30,106 nt of DNA from a virus (taxonomy: Duplodnaviria > Caudoviricetes), in the IMG/VR virus record IMGVR_UViG_3300020045_000871, positions 1-30,106 of that record; one strand, 5' to 3'. Both the position numbers and the translations under genes were made by a program. The notes beneath the pieces were generated by a model that saw nothing but the letters and a program-made list of their open reading frames with translations, had not been told where the DNA came from and did not search any database. Of this stretch, positions 9,376 to 17,719 are shown in pieces; the stretch's first letter is position 1; each line of letters starts with the position of its first letter.

Positions 9376-9932
9376 TGTCACGCACTCTGCCTTCAGCGCT
9401 GGCCACCGAGTTTGATGCTGACCAGCTTAAGCCGTTTTATGCCGTTGAGCTTTTGTTTGATTCGGGCGACCTGCGCTTTTGGACTGGATACGGAGACATT
9501 ACGGCCAACGCTGAGACATGGAGCGGCGCTGGTTTGGTGATGAGCTTCTCCGAGGTCGCGGAGGCCACTGACTTGTCGGCAAACGGCATCTCAATCACGT
9601 TTTCAGGCCTTGATTCGTCGATCGTGTCGGTCATGCTTGGTGAAAATTACCGCGGTCGATCAGCCAAGATATACCTTGGCGCGCTGGACGCAGAGAATCA
9701 GCCTGTATCGGATATGTACCAGGTATTTGCTGGGCGTATGGATGTTATGTCGCTTCAAGAGGATGGCCAGACAGCAACGATCTCAATTTCAGTGGAAAAC
9801 GTGTTGATTGACCTAGACCGTTCAAGGACGAGAAAACTCACAAACGAGGAGCAATTAGAGCGCTTCACTGGAGACGAATCTCTGTCTGGTGTTGCACAAT
9901 TGCAAGATCGACAAATCGCTTGGGGTAGATAA
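9375..9932 (+). CDS. Minor tail / hub-associated protein (gpL-like position)
   Basis: AVELLFDSG.LRFWTG, ITFSGL, FAGRMD and terminal IAWGR; synteny. Confidence 0.65.
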   Translation: MSRTLPSALATEFDADQLKPFYAVELLFDSGDLRFWTGYGDITANAETWSGAGLVMSFSEVAEATDLSANGISITFSGLDSSIVSVMLGENYRGRSAKIYLGALDAENQPVSDMYQVFAGRMDVMSLQEDGQTATISISVENVLIDLDRSRTRKLTNEEQLERFTGDESLSGVAQLQDRQIAWGR

Positions 9933-12805
9933 TGGGATTCAGTTTAGGCAACGTTTTTAAGTCGGTCGTAACGGCTGTTGTCGTTGCGGCGGCTGTTTAC
10001 TATCTTGGCCCTGCTTCAATCAGCGCCAGCCAGACTTTTGCCGCATTTGCAGGCGCTGCCGCAGTCACCGCAGCAGCCGCGTCCACCGTTTCGCAGCTTC
10101 TTGCAGAAACACCTAAAGAGTTTGATTTAAGCGCCCAGCTTCGAGGCCAGCTTGTATCGTCACGCCAAGCGGCAGGCGATGCAATGATCGTTTACGGGAA
10201 AACACGAGTTGGTGGAACGATTGTCTACATGGAGACAACTGGAGCCAAGAATGAGACGCTTCACATGGCCATTGCCATGGTTGGCCATGAAATTGACAGC
10301 ATTCAAAACGTATATGTTGCCGACGAGAAATTTGTGCTGACGCCGAGTGGAAATATTTACACGATCAACTACAAAGGCAGCACCACGGCTATCAACTTTG
10401 ATTATGTAACCGGCAGCGCATCGCAATCAGCCATGGAGCTGTTCGCAGGCACAACGGCGTCCGCTTATCAGTTCAAAGGCATCGCAACGCTTGGTGCGAC
10501 TTTGGTGTTTGATGCTGACAAATTTCCACAAGGCCTGCCGAACATCACCGCCGAGATTCAAGGCAAGAAGGTCTACGACCCGCGAACAACAACAACGGCA
10601 TACTCGACAAACGCATCGCTCTGCATCCGTGATTACCTGACCGATGTTGATTACGGCTTTGGAGCCACGGCAGAAGAAATTGACGACGTTTCGTTTATTG
10701 AGGCTGCAGACGTATGCGATGAAGATGTGGCGCTAGCAGAAGGCGGCACAGAGAAGCGATACACCATCAACGGCGCTTTCAGCTCTGGCGAAAAACCAAA
10801 GGATGTGCTGTCGAAGATGCTCACAGCCTGCGGTGGAAATCTTGCCTATATTGGCGGCAAGTGGACTTTAAAGGTGGCTGAGTACCGCACGCCTACCGTC
10901 ACGCTGACTGACAACGACTTGGTGGGCGCAATCTCGGTGCAGGGCTCACAGTCTCGCCGCGATATTTTTAACGCGGTGAAGGGCACTTATTCGGAGCCTG
11001 ACGCGCTTTATCAGTTGAGCAGCTTTCCACCCGTCACCAATACGCTTTATGAGGCGCAGGACAACGAAAAAATTTGGAAGGATATCCAATTCCCGTTCAC
11101 CACATCCGTGGCCACTTGTCAGCGCTTGGCCAAGATTGACCTTGAGAAATCGCGCCAGCAAATCAGCGTGAATTTGTCGTGCAACCTAAAAGCCTTTCAG
11201 CTCCAGCCAGGCGACAACGTTTATCTTGATTTCAGCCGATATGGATGGGACGCCAAGGTTTTCGAGGTGATCGACTGGTCGTTCTCGTTCACAAACTCAG
11301 ACACAGGCTCTGCGCCAATCGTTAACCTGACATTGCGCGAAACGGCATCCGGCGTCTACGACTGGGCATCTGGCGACGAAACAATCGTTGACATTGCACC
11401 AAATACCAACCTGCCAGACCCATTTACTGTTACATCGCCTGGTGTTTCTACCACGGACGTTTTGGAAATCGCCGCCGAGACACTTATCACCAAACTGGTG
11501 GTCACGCTATCCGGTGAGGCATCTTTCCAAAATAGATACGAAGTGCAGGCCAAGATTTCAACAGCCACGGACTGGATTAACTTAGGCCAAGCCACGGGAT
11601 CAATTTTTGAGCTTTACAACGTGATTGACGGGGCGGTGTACAACGTCCGCGCGCGCTCAATCAACTCGCTTGGCGTGCGCTCAGAGTGGGCCACAGATAG
11701 CCATGAGGTTGTTGGCAAAACAGCGCCACCAGAGGACGTCACAGGATTCTCAATCAACATTGTTGGCACGCAGGCTTACCTGACATGGAATCCAGTTGGC
11801 GATTTGGATTTGAGCCATTACCGCATTCGTCATTCACGTGCAACAACTGGAGCTTTTTATTCTGACGCCATTGACCTGATTGAGAAGGTTCCTCGCCCTG
11901 GCGTTTTTGCCGTGGCTCCTGCAATGACCGGCACTTACTTCATCAAAGCGATTGACAAACTTGGCAACGAGAGCCTTAACGTTGCCGAGATCGTGGCGAT
12001 CATTGAAGAGATCAAGGGGCTCAACGTTGTTGAAACGGTCACAGAATCGCCTCTGTTCGCTGGGTCAATGACAGAGTGCCATCTCAATGATGAAGGCCTT
12101 TTAATTCTAGACACCTCCGTTGATTTTGATAGCGTTGCAGGCCTGTTTGATGACGTTGACGGCGACTTCGATGGCGGTGGCGGTACAACTTCAACGCAGG
12201 GCACCTATTATTTCGGCCAGACCGTTGATCTTGGCTCCGTATACACCTCACGCGTCACATCCAACATCACCGTTGGTCGTGTGGACTATGTCAATTTGTT
12301 TGATGATCCGACGGAGAGTTTTGACGATCGCACCGGCTTGTTTGACGGCGACCCAAACACCTATGGCGACACCAATGTCGAGTTCTACATTTCCACAACC
12401 GAAGACGACCCAGCAGGCGCTCCCGTGTGGACGGATTACCGACGTTTCTTTGTTGGCGATTACAAGGCGCGTGGGTTTAGGTTCAAAATTGTTTTGACCT
12501 CTCAAAGCGGCGATTCAAGCCCAACCGTGTCGGCTTTGTCTGTTACCGTTGATATGCCAGACCGCGTGACGTCTGGAAGCAACCTTGCATCCGGCGCTGG
12601 TGCTTATGCTGTGACATTTAGCCCAGCGTTCAAGGCCACGCCAGCGATTGGCATTGCTGCGCAGAATTTGCAGCAGGGTGACTTCTATGAAATCGCCTCA
12701 AAATCTGCTACAGGCTTTACAATCACTTTCAAGAATTCAGGCGGGTCTTCCGTCAATCGCACGTTTGATTATGTCGCCAAGGGTTACGGCGAACTTGCCG
12801 CTTAA
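9932..12805 (+). CDS. Tail tip / host specificity protein (gpJ-like) with FN3-like domains
   Basis: IVYGKTRVGG, GKKVYDPR, NASLCIRDYL, LQPGD and YNVRARSINSLGVRSEW; 957 aa. Confidence 0.88.
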   Translation: MGFSLGNVFKSVVTAVVVAAAVYYLGPASISASQTFAAFAGAAAVTAAAASTVSQLLAETPKEFDLSAQLRGQLVSSRQAAGDAMIVYGKTRVGGTIVYMETTGAKNETLHMAIAMVGHEIDSIQNVYVADEKFVLTPSGNIYTINYKGSTTAINFDYVTGSASQSAMELFAGTTASAYQFKGIATLGATLVFDADKFPQGLPNITAEIQGKKVYDPRTTTTAYSTNASLCIRDYLTDVDYGFGATAEEIDDVSFIEAADVCDEDVALAEGGTEKRYTINGAFSSGEKPKDVLSKMLTACGGNLAYIGGKWTLKVAEYRTPTVTLTDNDLVGAISVQGSQSRRDIFNAVKGTYSEPDALYQLSSFPPVTNTLYEAQDNEKIWKDIQFPFTTSVATCQRLAKIDLEKSRQQISVNLSCNLKAFQLQPGDNVYLDFSRYGWDAKVFEVIDWSFSFTNSDTGSAPIVNLTLRETASGVYDWASGDETIVDIAPNTNLPDPFTVTSPGVSTTDVLEIAAETLITKLVVTLSGEASFQNRYEVQAKISTATDWINLGQATGSIFELYNVIDGAVYNVRARSINSLGVRSEWATDSHEVVGKTAPPEDVTGFSINIVGTQAYLTWNPVGDLDLSHYRIRHSRATTGAFYSDAIDLIEKVPRPGVFAVAPAMTGTYFIKAIDKLGNESLNVAEIVAIIEEIKGLNVVETVTESPLFAGSMTECHLNDEGLLILDTSVDFDSVAGLFDDVDGDFDGGGGTTSTQGTYYFGQTVDLGSVYTSRVTSNITVGRVDYVNLFDDPTESFDDRTGLFDGDPNTYGDTNVEFYISTTEDDPAGAPVWTDYRRFFVGDYKARGFRFKIVLTSQSGDSSPTVSALSVTVDMPDRVTSGSNLASGAGAYAVTFSPAFKATPAIGIAAQNLQQGDFYEIASKSATGFTITFKNSGGSSVNRTFDYVAKGYGELAA

Positions 12806-12816
12806 AGGAGCAAAAA

Positions 12817-14262
12817 TTGTCACAACATGACTTATCCATTGCGAATCAGGGATTCCCTGCGTTTCGCTCTGATCTAAATGATGCGCTCCAGGCGCTGGGC
12901 TCAATGCAAAGCGGCACCTCTGCTCCCGCGACAACTTACGCAAATATGTTGTGGTACGACACCACAAATAATATTGTGAAGATGCGAAACGAAGACAATG
13001 ATGCTTGGATTTCTTTGTTTACGCTTGATCAATCTGGCGATTTGATTTCAGAAATCTCTGCTGGTAAGTTTATAGGCACAGATACAACTGATGCGTCAAG
13101 CACTACCGCTGCTGCTATCAAAACTGCTGGTGGTTTGGCTGTTGCTAAGAAACTTTATGTAGGTACAGGAGGCGCTGTTGTTGAAGGCCTCACGGTAGGC
13201 AAAGGCGCTGGCTCCGTAGCAACCAACACTGCTGTTGGTGCTAGTGCTTTGGCGGCTAATACAACAGGCGCTCTTGGTACTTCGGTTGGTTATCGAGCTT
13301 TGTATAGCAACACAACTGGCGATGCTAATAGTGCCTATGGCTACGGAGCTTTGTATTCAAGTACAACTGGTTCAAACAACACAGCTATTGGCGAGTTTGC
13401 ACTCCAAGCCAACACCACAGCCTCAAACAACACTGCTGTGGGTTATCAGGCGGGGTATACGAATAGCACTGGGCAATATGGAACCTTTGTAGGCCATTCC
13501 GCTGGCTATGCGTCTACTGGTAACGCCAACACAATGATTGGTTATCAAGCTGGTCAAAACACAACAGGAACTTACAACACATTCTGCGGTATTCAAGCAG
13601 GTCAGTTAGTCACTTCTGGTGCTAAAAATACAATTCTTGGTGTCTACAACGGCAACCAAGGCGGCTTAGACATTCGCACAGCAAGCAACTACATCGTGCT
13701 GTCTGATGGGGATGGGAATCCACGGGGTATTTTTGACAATAACGGTAGTTGGCTGGTTGGGACGACAAGCGCCACTTTTGCTGGTGTCACATTAGCTCAG
13801 TTACTTGATACGCGCACAAGAAACTCAGGTTATGGTTTTGGAATTATTGGTAACGCATCAAACACGCAGGTTCAGCGATTCTTTTATGACACAACGGCTG
13901 TTGGTTCAATTAACGTCAGCGGGTCGGCTACTACTTATTCAACATCGTCAGACTATCGTTTAAAAGAAAACGTAGCCCCAATGACAGGTGCTTTGTCTGT
14001 TGTTCAACAGCTTAAGCCTTGTACATACAATTGGAAAGTTGACGGCTCAAATGGTCAAGGCTTCATTGCGCACGAGTTGCAAGCTGTTGTGCCTGAGTGT
14101 GTAGTCGGAACAAAAGACGCAGTAGACGCTGAAGGCAATCCTGTCTATCAAGGCATCGACACCAGTTTTTTGGTTGCAACTTTGACGGCAGCCATCAAAG
14201 AACTCAACGCAAAAGTAGACGCACAAGCTGCTGAAATCGCAGCACTGAAAGGCCAGCCATGA
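12817..14262 (+). CDS. Tail fibre with YadA/Hep-Hag-like repeats and C-terminal S74 intramolecular chaperone
   Basis: TTG start with SD AAAGGAG; about eight 16-17 aa NTAVGxxA repeats; TSSDYRLKENV, GFIAHEL and terminal coiled coil. Confidence 0.9.
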   Translation: MSQHDLSIANQGFPAFRSDLNDALQALGSMQSGTSAPATTYANMLWYDTTNNIVKMRNEDNDAWISLFTLDQSGDLISEISAGKFIGTDTTDASSTTAAAIKTAGGLAVAKKLYVGTGGAVVEGLTVGKGAGSVATNTAVGASALAANTTGALGTSVGYRALYSNTTGDANSAYGYGALYSSTTGSNNTAIGEFALQANTTASNNTAVGYQAGYTNSTGQYGTFVGHSAGYASTGNANTMIGYQAGQNTTGTYNTFCGIQAGQLVTSGAKNTILGVYNGNQGGLDIRTASNYIVLSDGDGNPRGIFDNNGSWLVGTTSATFAGVTLAQLLDTRTRNSGYGFGIIGNASNTQVQRFFYDTTAVGSINVSGSATTYSTSSDYRLKENVAPMTGALSVVQQLKPCTYNWKVDGSNGQGFIAHELQAVVPECVVGTKDAVDAEGNPVYQGIDTSFLVATLTAAIKELNAKVDAQAAEIAALKGQP

Positions 14263-14471
14263 TCGAACTAACCGAACAAGAACAAATTGCTCGCCACTAT
14301 GCGGCGTGCCTCGATTCGTGCAACCTAATCAACGGCGGCAAGCCTGAGAAGATGGAGGACGCTGAGTGGGCTGACACAGTGGCTCGTAACAAAGAGCACT
14401 TAGTCTTGATGCTGGCTAAGGACATTTTTGATGGCTACGATTTGACACCATTGCAGGAAGCAGCACAATGA
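14259..14471 (+). CDS. Hypothetical protein, possible fibre-associated chaperone
   Basis: ATGA-coupled to the fibre gene; 70 aa. Confidence 0.7.
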   Translation: MIELTEQEQIARHYAACLDSCNLINGGKPEKMEDAEWADTVARNKEHLVLMLAKDIFDGYDLTPLQEAAQ

Positions 14472-14611
14472 CTCTAGAACTAACTCAAGACGAAGTAAAC
14501 ATCATTCTTCAATTTATGGCTCAAACGCCAACAGGAAGCGGCTTGTTTCATTTGATGATGAAGATTGATGCTCAATTCAAGCAACAGTACGAAGAGCCGA
14601 AGGTGGAGTGA
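14468..14611 (+). CDS. Hypothetical 47-aa protein (not in ORF track)
   Basis: MTLELTQDEVNIILQFMAQTPTGSGLFHLMMKIDAQFKQQYEEPKVE*; SD AGGA; ATGA overlap upstream and TGATG overlap downstream. Confidence 0.75.
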   Translation: MTLELTQDEVNIILQFMAQTPTGSGLFHLMMKIDAQFKQQYEEPKVE

Positions 14612-14817
14612 TGACAGACAGCGTTTCAATGACAGAGGCCAAGCTGATGACTCACGAAGCCGTGTGCGCACAGCGTTACGAGACGATCAATCGTCAGCTT
14701 GAGAATGGCTCGGCTCGCATGACGAAGATCGAGTATTACATCTGGGCTGTGTTGGCCGCTGTGTTATTAGGCCCTGGCGCTGCTGCTGAGTTTTTCAAGA
14801 AGCTGATCGGCCTCTGA
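14611..14817 (+). CDS. Small coiled-coil plus single-TM protein, XhlA-like holin-associated candidate
   Basis: HEAVCAQRY coiled region then hydrophobic YYIWAVLAAVLLG; SD GGAG. Confidence 0.6.
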   Translation: MTDSVSMTEAKLMTHEAVCAQRYETINRQLENGSARMTKIEYYIWAVLAAVLLGPGAAAEFFKKLIGL

Positions 14818-14818
14818 T

Positions 14819-15496
14819 GTGCCAATTGGAACTGCTCTTTTTGCTGCAACAACAGCCTTCCAGCTAGTCAAGGAAGGCTGTGCTCTTTACAAAGAAGTAA
14901 AAGGCGTAGCGGGTAACGTCAAGCAGATCTACGACGAGATCAACGGACAGTTCGCTGGCAAGAAAGTCTCGAAGGAGCAGGCAAAGAAAATTGAAGAGGA
15001 AAAGCAGCGAGTCGCGGTTGTGGCGGCTGCGAATCCTGACGAGGTTATATTCAAGATTGGAGATAATCTTGGAGAGATGTTTGATGCGTTCGACAGGCTT
15101 GAAGCTATTTTCTGGGAGCAGGAGCGAGAGGCAAAGAAGGTTCAAGGCAAGGATGTTTCATTGAAACGAATGGCTCTCAGGCGCATTCTGATTCGCAATA
15201 AATTGCAGTCGATGCACCAAGAGATCAAGCATCACATGATCTACGAGTCTCCTCCTGAGCTTGGTGCGCTGTGGAGTCAGTTTGAAGAGATGAGAAATCA
15301 GATTGAATCTGAGCAGTCGCTGGCCAGATCAATTCAAGAGCGTGATGAAGCGATTGCGAGCGCAAAGAGAGACAGAATGGTGCGTGACGCAAAAGAGAGG
15401 GCTTGGGAAGCTGGCGTCATGTTGTTTGGTTTGTTTTACCTATGGTGGTTGTGGTGGGCATTAAAGAAGCAGGTCGGGTGGACGGGGTATTCCTAG
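14819..15496 (+). CDS. Hypothetical coiled-coil protein with C-terminal TM helix
   Basis: GTG start; 225 aa helical; C-terminal GVMLFGLFYLWWLWWAL. Confidence 0.75.
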   Translation: MPIGTALFAATTAFQLVKEGCALYKEVKGVAGNVKQIYDEINGQFAGKKVSKEQAKKIEEEKQRVAVVAAANPDEVIFKIGDNLGEMFDAFDRLEAIFWEQEREAKKVQGKDVSLKRMALRRILIRNKLQSMHQEIKHHMIYESPPELGALWSQFEEMRNQIESEQSLARSIQERDEAIASAKRDRMVRDAKERAWEAGVMLFGLFYLWWLWWALKKQVGWTGYS

Positions 15497-15672
15497 CTCA
15501 TATGCTTGTGATTGCCGTGCTTGCGATCGTGCTTTATTTGGCCTATGTTGTTGTTCTTGATGCAATGATGATCAACGCAAAATCAAAGGTTGAATTCAAA
15601 AGGAACGAGAAGTCTCGCGAACAAGTGGAAGCCGCACTGAAAGAATTGAAAGAACTCAAGGAAAAAAAATGA
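15478..15672 (+). CDS. Hypothetical membrane protein (N-terminal TM plus coiled coil); start uncertain (15478 GTG or 15502 ATG)
   Basis: MLVIAVLAIVLYLAYVVVL hydrophobic stretch; ATGA-coupled to the next gene. Confidence 0.6.
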   Translation: MDGVFLAHMLVIAVLAIVLYLAYVVVLDAMMINAKSKVEFKRNEKSREQVEAALKELKELKEKK

Positions 15673-15860
15673 GATACGTTTTTCTGATGATCGCATTGGT
15701 TGCATCGGTTTTCATCTTTGGTGAAGATCGCTATCGCTACCCATGCCAGAACCCACGCAACTGGGACAACATAGAGTGCAAACCTCCAATCTGCACTGTT
15801 GAGGGCACTTGCCCAGACAAACTACTTCCACCAGAAATGCTTTTAAAGGACGAAAAATGA
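15669..15860 (+). CDS. Small exported/membrane-anchored 4-Cys protein
   Basis: Signal/TM MRYVFLMIALVASVFIF then DRYRYPCQNP..W...ECKPPIC...GTCP; SD AAGGA. Confidence 0.75.
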   Translation: MRYVFLMIALVASVFIFGEDRYRYPCQNPRNWDNIECKPPICTVEGTCPDKLLPPEMLLKDEK

Positions 15861-16237
15861 CATTCACTGAGAAACTAAAAAAGGTCTTGTGCATCATGCT
15901 TGGCATTGATGGCCAACCATTCATTCCAGAAGAGCGCCTGACTGTTGAGCAGATTCAGGTTCGCGTTTGGGCAGTGGTTATATTGACCATCGCGTTTGTG
16001 TTTGCTGCAACAGTTTTGATCGCGATCATCTCTTTGATCTTCACCATCCAGCCAATGCTGCGCATGGCTCCAATTGACGCAATCTTTGCCAAGCAGGTGA
16101 ACGATGCCATGCTGCTGTCTGGCGGCGTGCTTGGTGGTGTTGCTGGCATGACATTCGTGAATGCAGGTGTGAACTACGTCTACAAGAAATTGACTGACGA
16201 AAATCCACCTCCAAAGGCTGAAGACGATGCTGCGTAA
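15857..16237 (+). CDS. Two-TM membrane protein, holin candidate
   Basis: SD AAAGGA; two long hydrophobic segments and a charged C-terminus; directly before the spanins. Confidence 0.6.
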   Translation: MTFTEKLKKVLCIMLGIDGQPFIPEERLTVEQIQVRVWAVVILTIAFVFAATVLIAIISLIFTIQPMLRMAPIDAIFAKQVNDAMLLSGGVLGGVAGMTFVNAGVNYVYKKLTDENPPPKAEDDAA

Positions 16238-16622
16238 TCTAGGTGTATTCATCGCGTGCTTGCTGATGGCGTTCTTTGCTGGCAAGTACGACGAGCGCCA
16301 AGCGATCAAGGCGGAGGTCGGGCGCATTGAATCGTCGATGCGCGATGAAGCCGCAGCAACAACAGCGAAACTTGAAAAGGAAAAACTAGATGCTCAAACC
16401 AAAGTTGACCAGCTTCGTGCTGATGTCGCTGCTGGCGCTGTCAGGTTGTCAGTCCGTGCCAGTTGCTCTTCCGGAGCTGCCACAGGGGATTCAGAGGCGC
16501 GAGCCGAACTTGACCCAAAGACTGCTGACGACCTTATCGCCATCGCAGCAGACGGTGACCAAGCAATCATCGAATTAAATTCGTGCATTGATTTTTACAA
16601 CAACCTCAGAGGTATTAAATGA
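16227..16622 (+). CDS. Rz: Inner-membrane spanin (Rz-like)
   Basis: N-terminal TM, coiled coil, LRADVAAGAVRLSVRASC and AELDP motifs. Confidence 0.88.
   Translation: MLRNLGVFIACLLMAFFAGKYDERQAIKAEVGRIESSMRDEAAATTAKLEKEKLDAQTKVDQLRADVAAGAVRLSVRASCSSGAATGDSEARAELDPKTADDLIAIAADGDQAIIELNSCIDFYNNLRGIK
16390..16578 (+). CDS. Rz1: Outer-membrane lipoprotein spanin (Rz1-like), embedded in +1 frame of Rz
   Basis: SD AAGGA; signal peptide with lipobox LSGC; Pro-rich mature part. Confidence 0.85.
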   Translation: MLKPKLTSFVLMSLLALSGCQSVPVALPELPQGIQRREPNLTQRLLTTLSPSQQTVTKQSSN

Positions 16623-17089
16623 CAAACCTAACCCCAAACTTCACACTCGAAGAATTGACCCACACTGATCATCGAGAGTTGGACAACACGCCAACGACCG
16701 CTGAGAAGTGCATCATTGACGGCAAAGAAGTCATGGTCAACGCCTACGAGAACCTGCCACGCTTGGCCAACTTCCTTGAGCAGCTCAAAGTCATCTTGGG
16801 TGGAAAGCCAATCATGGTCAACAGCGCGTTTCGCTCTGAGGCTGTGAACACAGCTGTCGGCTCGAAAAACACAAGCGATCACCGTCGCGGCTGCGCTGCT
16901 GACATTCGTGTACCAGGTATGACGCCTGACGAAGTGGTAAAGGCCATCATTTCAAGCGATTTACCTTACCAGCAATGCATTCGAGAATTTGACCGATGGA
17001 CACACGTGGCCATCACAACAAGCGAAAGCGACGTGCCAAAGAAGTCGAAGCTCATCATCGACAAGTTGGGCGTTAGAAACTACGCTTAA
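16619..17089 (+). CDS. Endolysin, peptidase M15 family Zn-peptidase
   Basis: NFTLEEL, SAFRS..VN..VG, SDH..GCAADI and WTHV zinc-ligand pattern. Confidence 0.9.
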   Translation: MTNLTPNFTLEELTHTDHRELDNTPTTAEKCIIDGKEVMVNAYENLPRLANFLEQLKVILGGKPIMVNSAFRSEAVNTAVGSKNTSDHRRGCAADIRVPGMTPDEVVKAIISSDLPYQQCIREFDRWTHVAITTSESDVPKKSKLIIDKLGVRNYA

Positions 17090-17199
17090 CTGTCATGCAT
17101 CTCTCTGGCCATAAACCAACAGAGAATCGCCACCACAAGGCCTGCTGATGCAAAGATCAACCCGATCAACGTCAGCAGGCTTTTTGCTTCCTCGCTCAT
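17086..17199 (-). CDS. Hypothetical 37-aa single-TM peptide (not in ORF track)
   Basis: MSEEAKSLLTLIGLIFASAGLVVAILCWFMAREMHDS*; ATGA-coupled to the upstream minus-strand gene. Confidence 0.65.
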   Translation of the reverse strand: MSEEAKSLLTLIGLIFASAGLVVAILCWFMAREMHDS

Positions 17200-17465
17200 T
17201 TCTTTTTCTTCTTGGTTGTGTTGGCGGTGCCTGCTTTGCTGTAGTACGTAATCTCAAGCGGTGCCAAGCTGACGCGCTTTGTTTTTGGAAATGCTCTGAT
17301 GGTGCTGACCGATTTGTCTGCGACAGACACGCGATGCACTTTGGAGCGTGCGGCGTACATGCGTCCGTTCTCTGCTTGCGTTGATTCGTTGCGCATCTTG
17401 GTCATGAACTCAGGCATGTGCGTTGCCACGTAGGCGGGGTTGAATGCGTTGATGATTGTTGTCAT
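17196..17465 (-). CDS. Hypothetical basic protein
   Basis: Start MTTIINAFNP at 17465 avoids overlap with the upstream gene. Confidence 0.7.
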   Translation of the reverse strand: MTTIINAFNPAYVATHMPEFMTKMRNESTQAENGRMYAARSKVHRVSVADKSVSTIRAFPKTKRVSLAPLEITYYSKAGTANTTKKKKK

Positions 17466-17470
17466 GGTAT

Positions 17471-17716
17471 TTACTCTCTGTGGTCTCGTAGGTATGCAGC
17501 CGTGCTGGCTGCGGTGTCGCCGAATGGCATGCTCTCGAAGTTCTTGGCGGCTTGCTCCAGTGCGCCGTTCCAGCCGGACAGAAACACAAGCCATGCAGCG
17601 TCTGTTGGCTTCAAGCCGAAATCGCCATAAAGTTTTTCGAACAACTGGCGGGCCGTCACTGTTGGCTCTGGTTGCTTACGGTATGGGATGGAGAGGCCTA
17701 TGGGGCGGCGGGTCAT
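17471..17716 (-). CDS. Hypothetical protein
   Basis: 81 aa; SD AAGGAG; tiles with neighbours. Confidence 0.75.
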   Translation of the reverse strand: MTRRPIGLSIPYRKQPEPTVTARQLFEKLYGDFGLKPTDAAWLVFLSGWNGALEQAAKNFESMPFGDTAASTAAYLRDHRE

Positions 17717-17719
17717 GTC

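Noticed and set aside
12817-14262. Diversity-generating retroelement or invertible fibre cassette
   Set aside because: No reverse transcriptase or invertase, and no template/variable repeat pair or flanking inverted sites seen
17196-17594. 132-aa version of the minus-strand ORF
   Set aside because: Overlaps 17471-17716; the start at 17465 tiles cleanly
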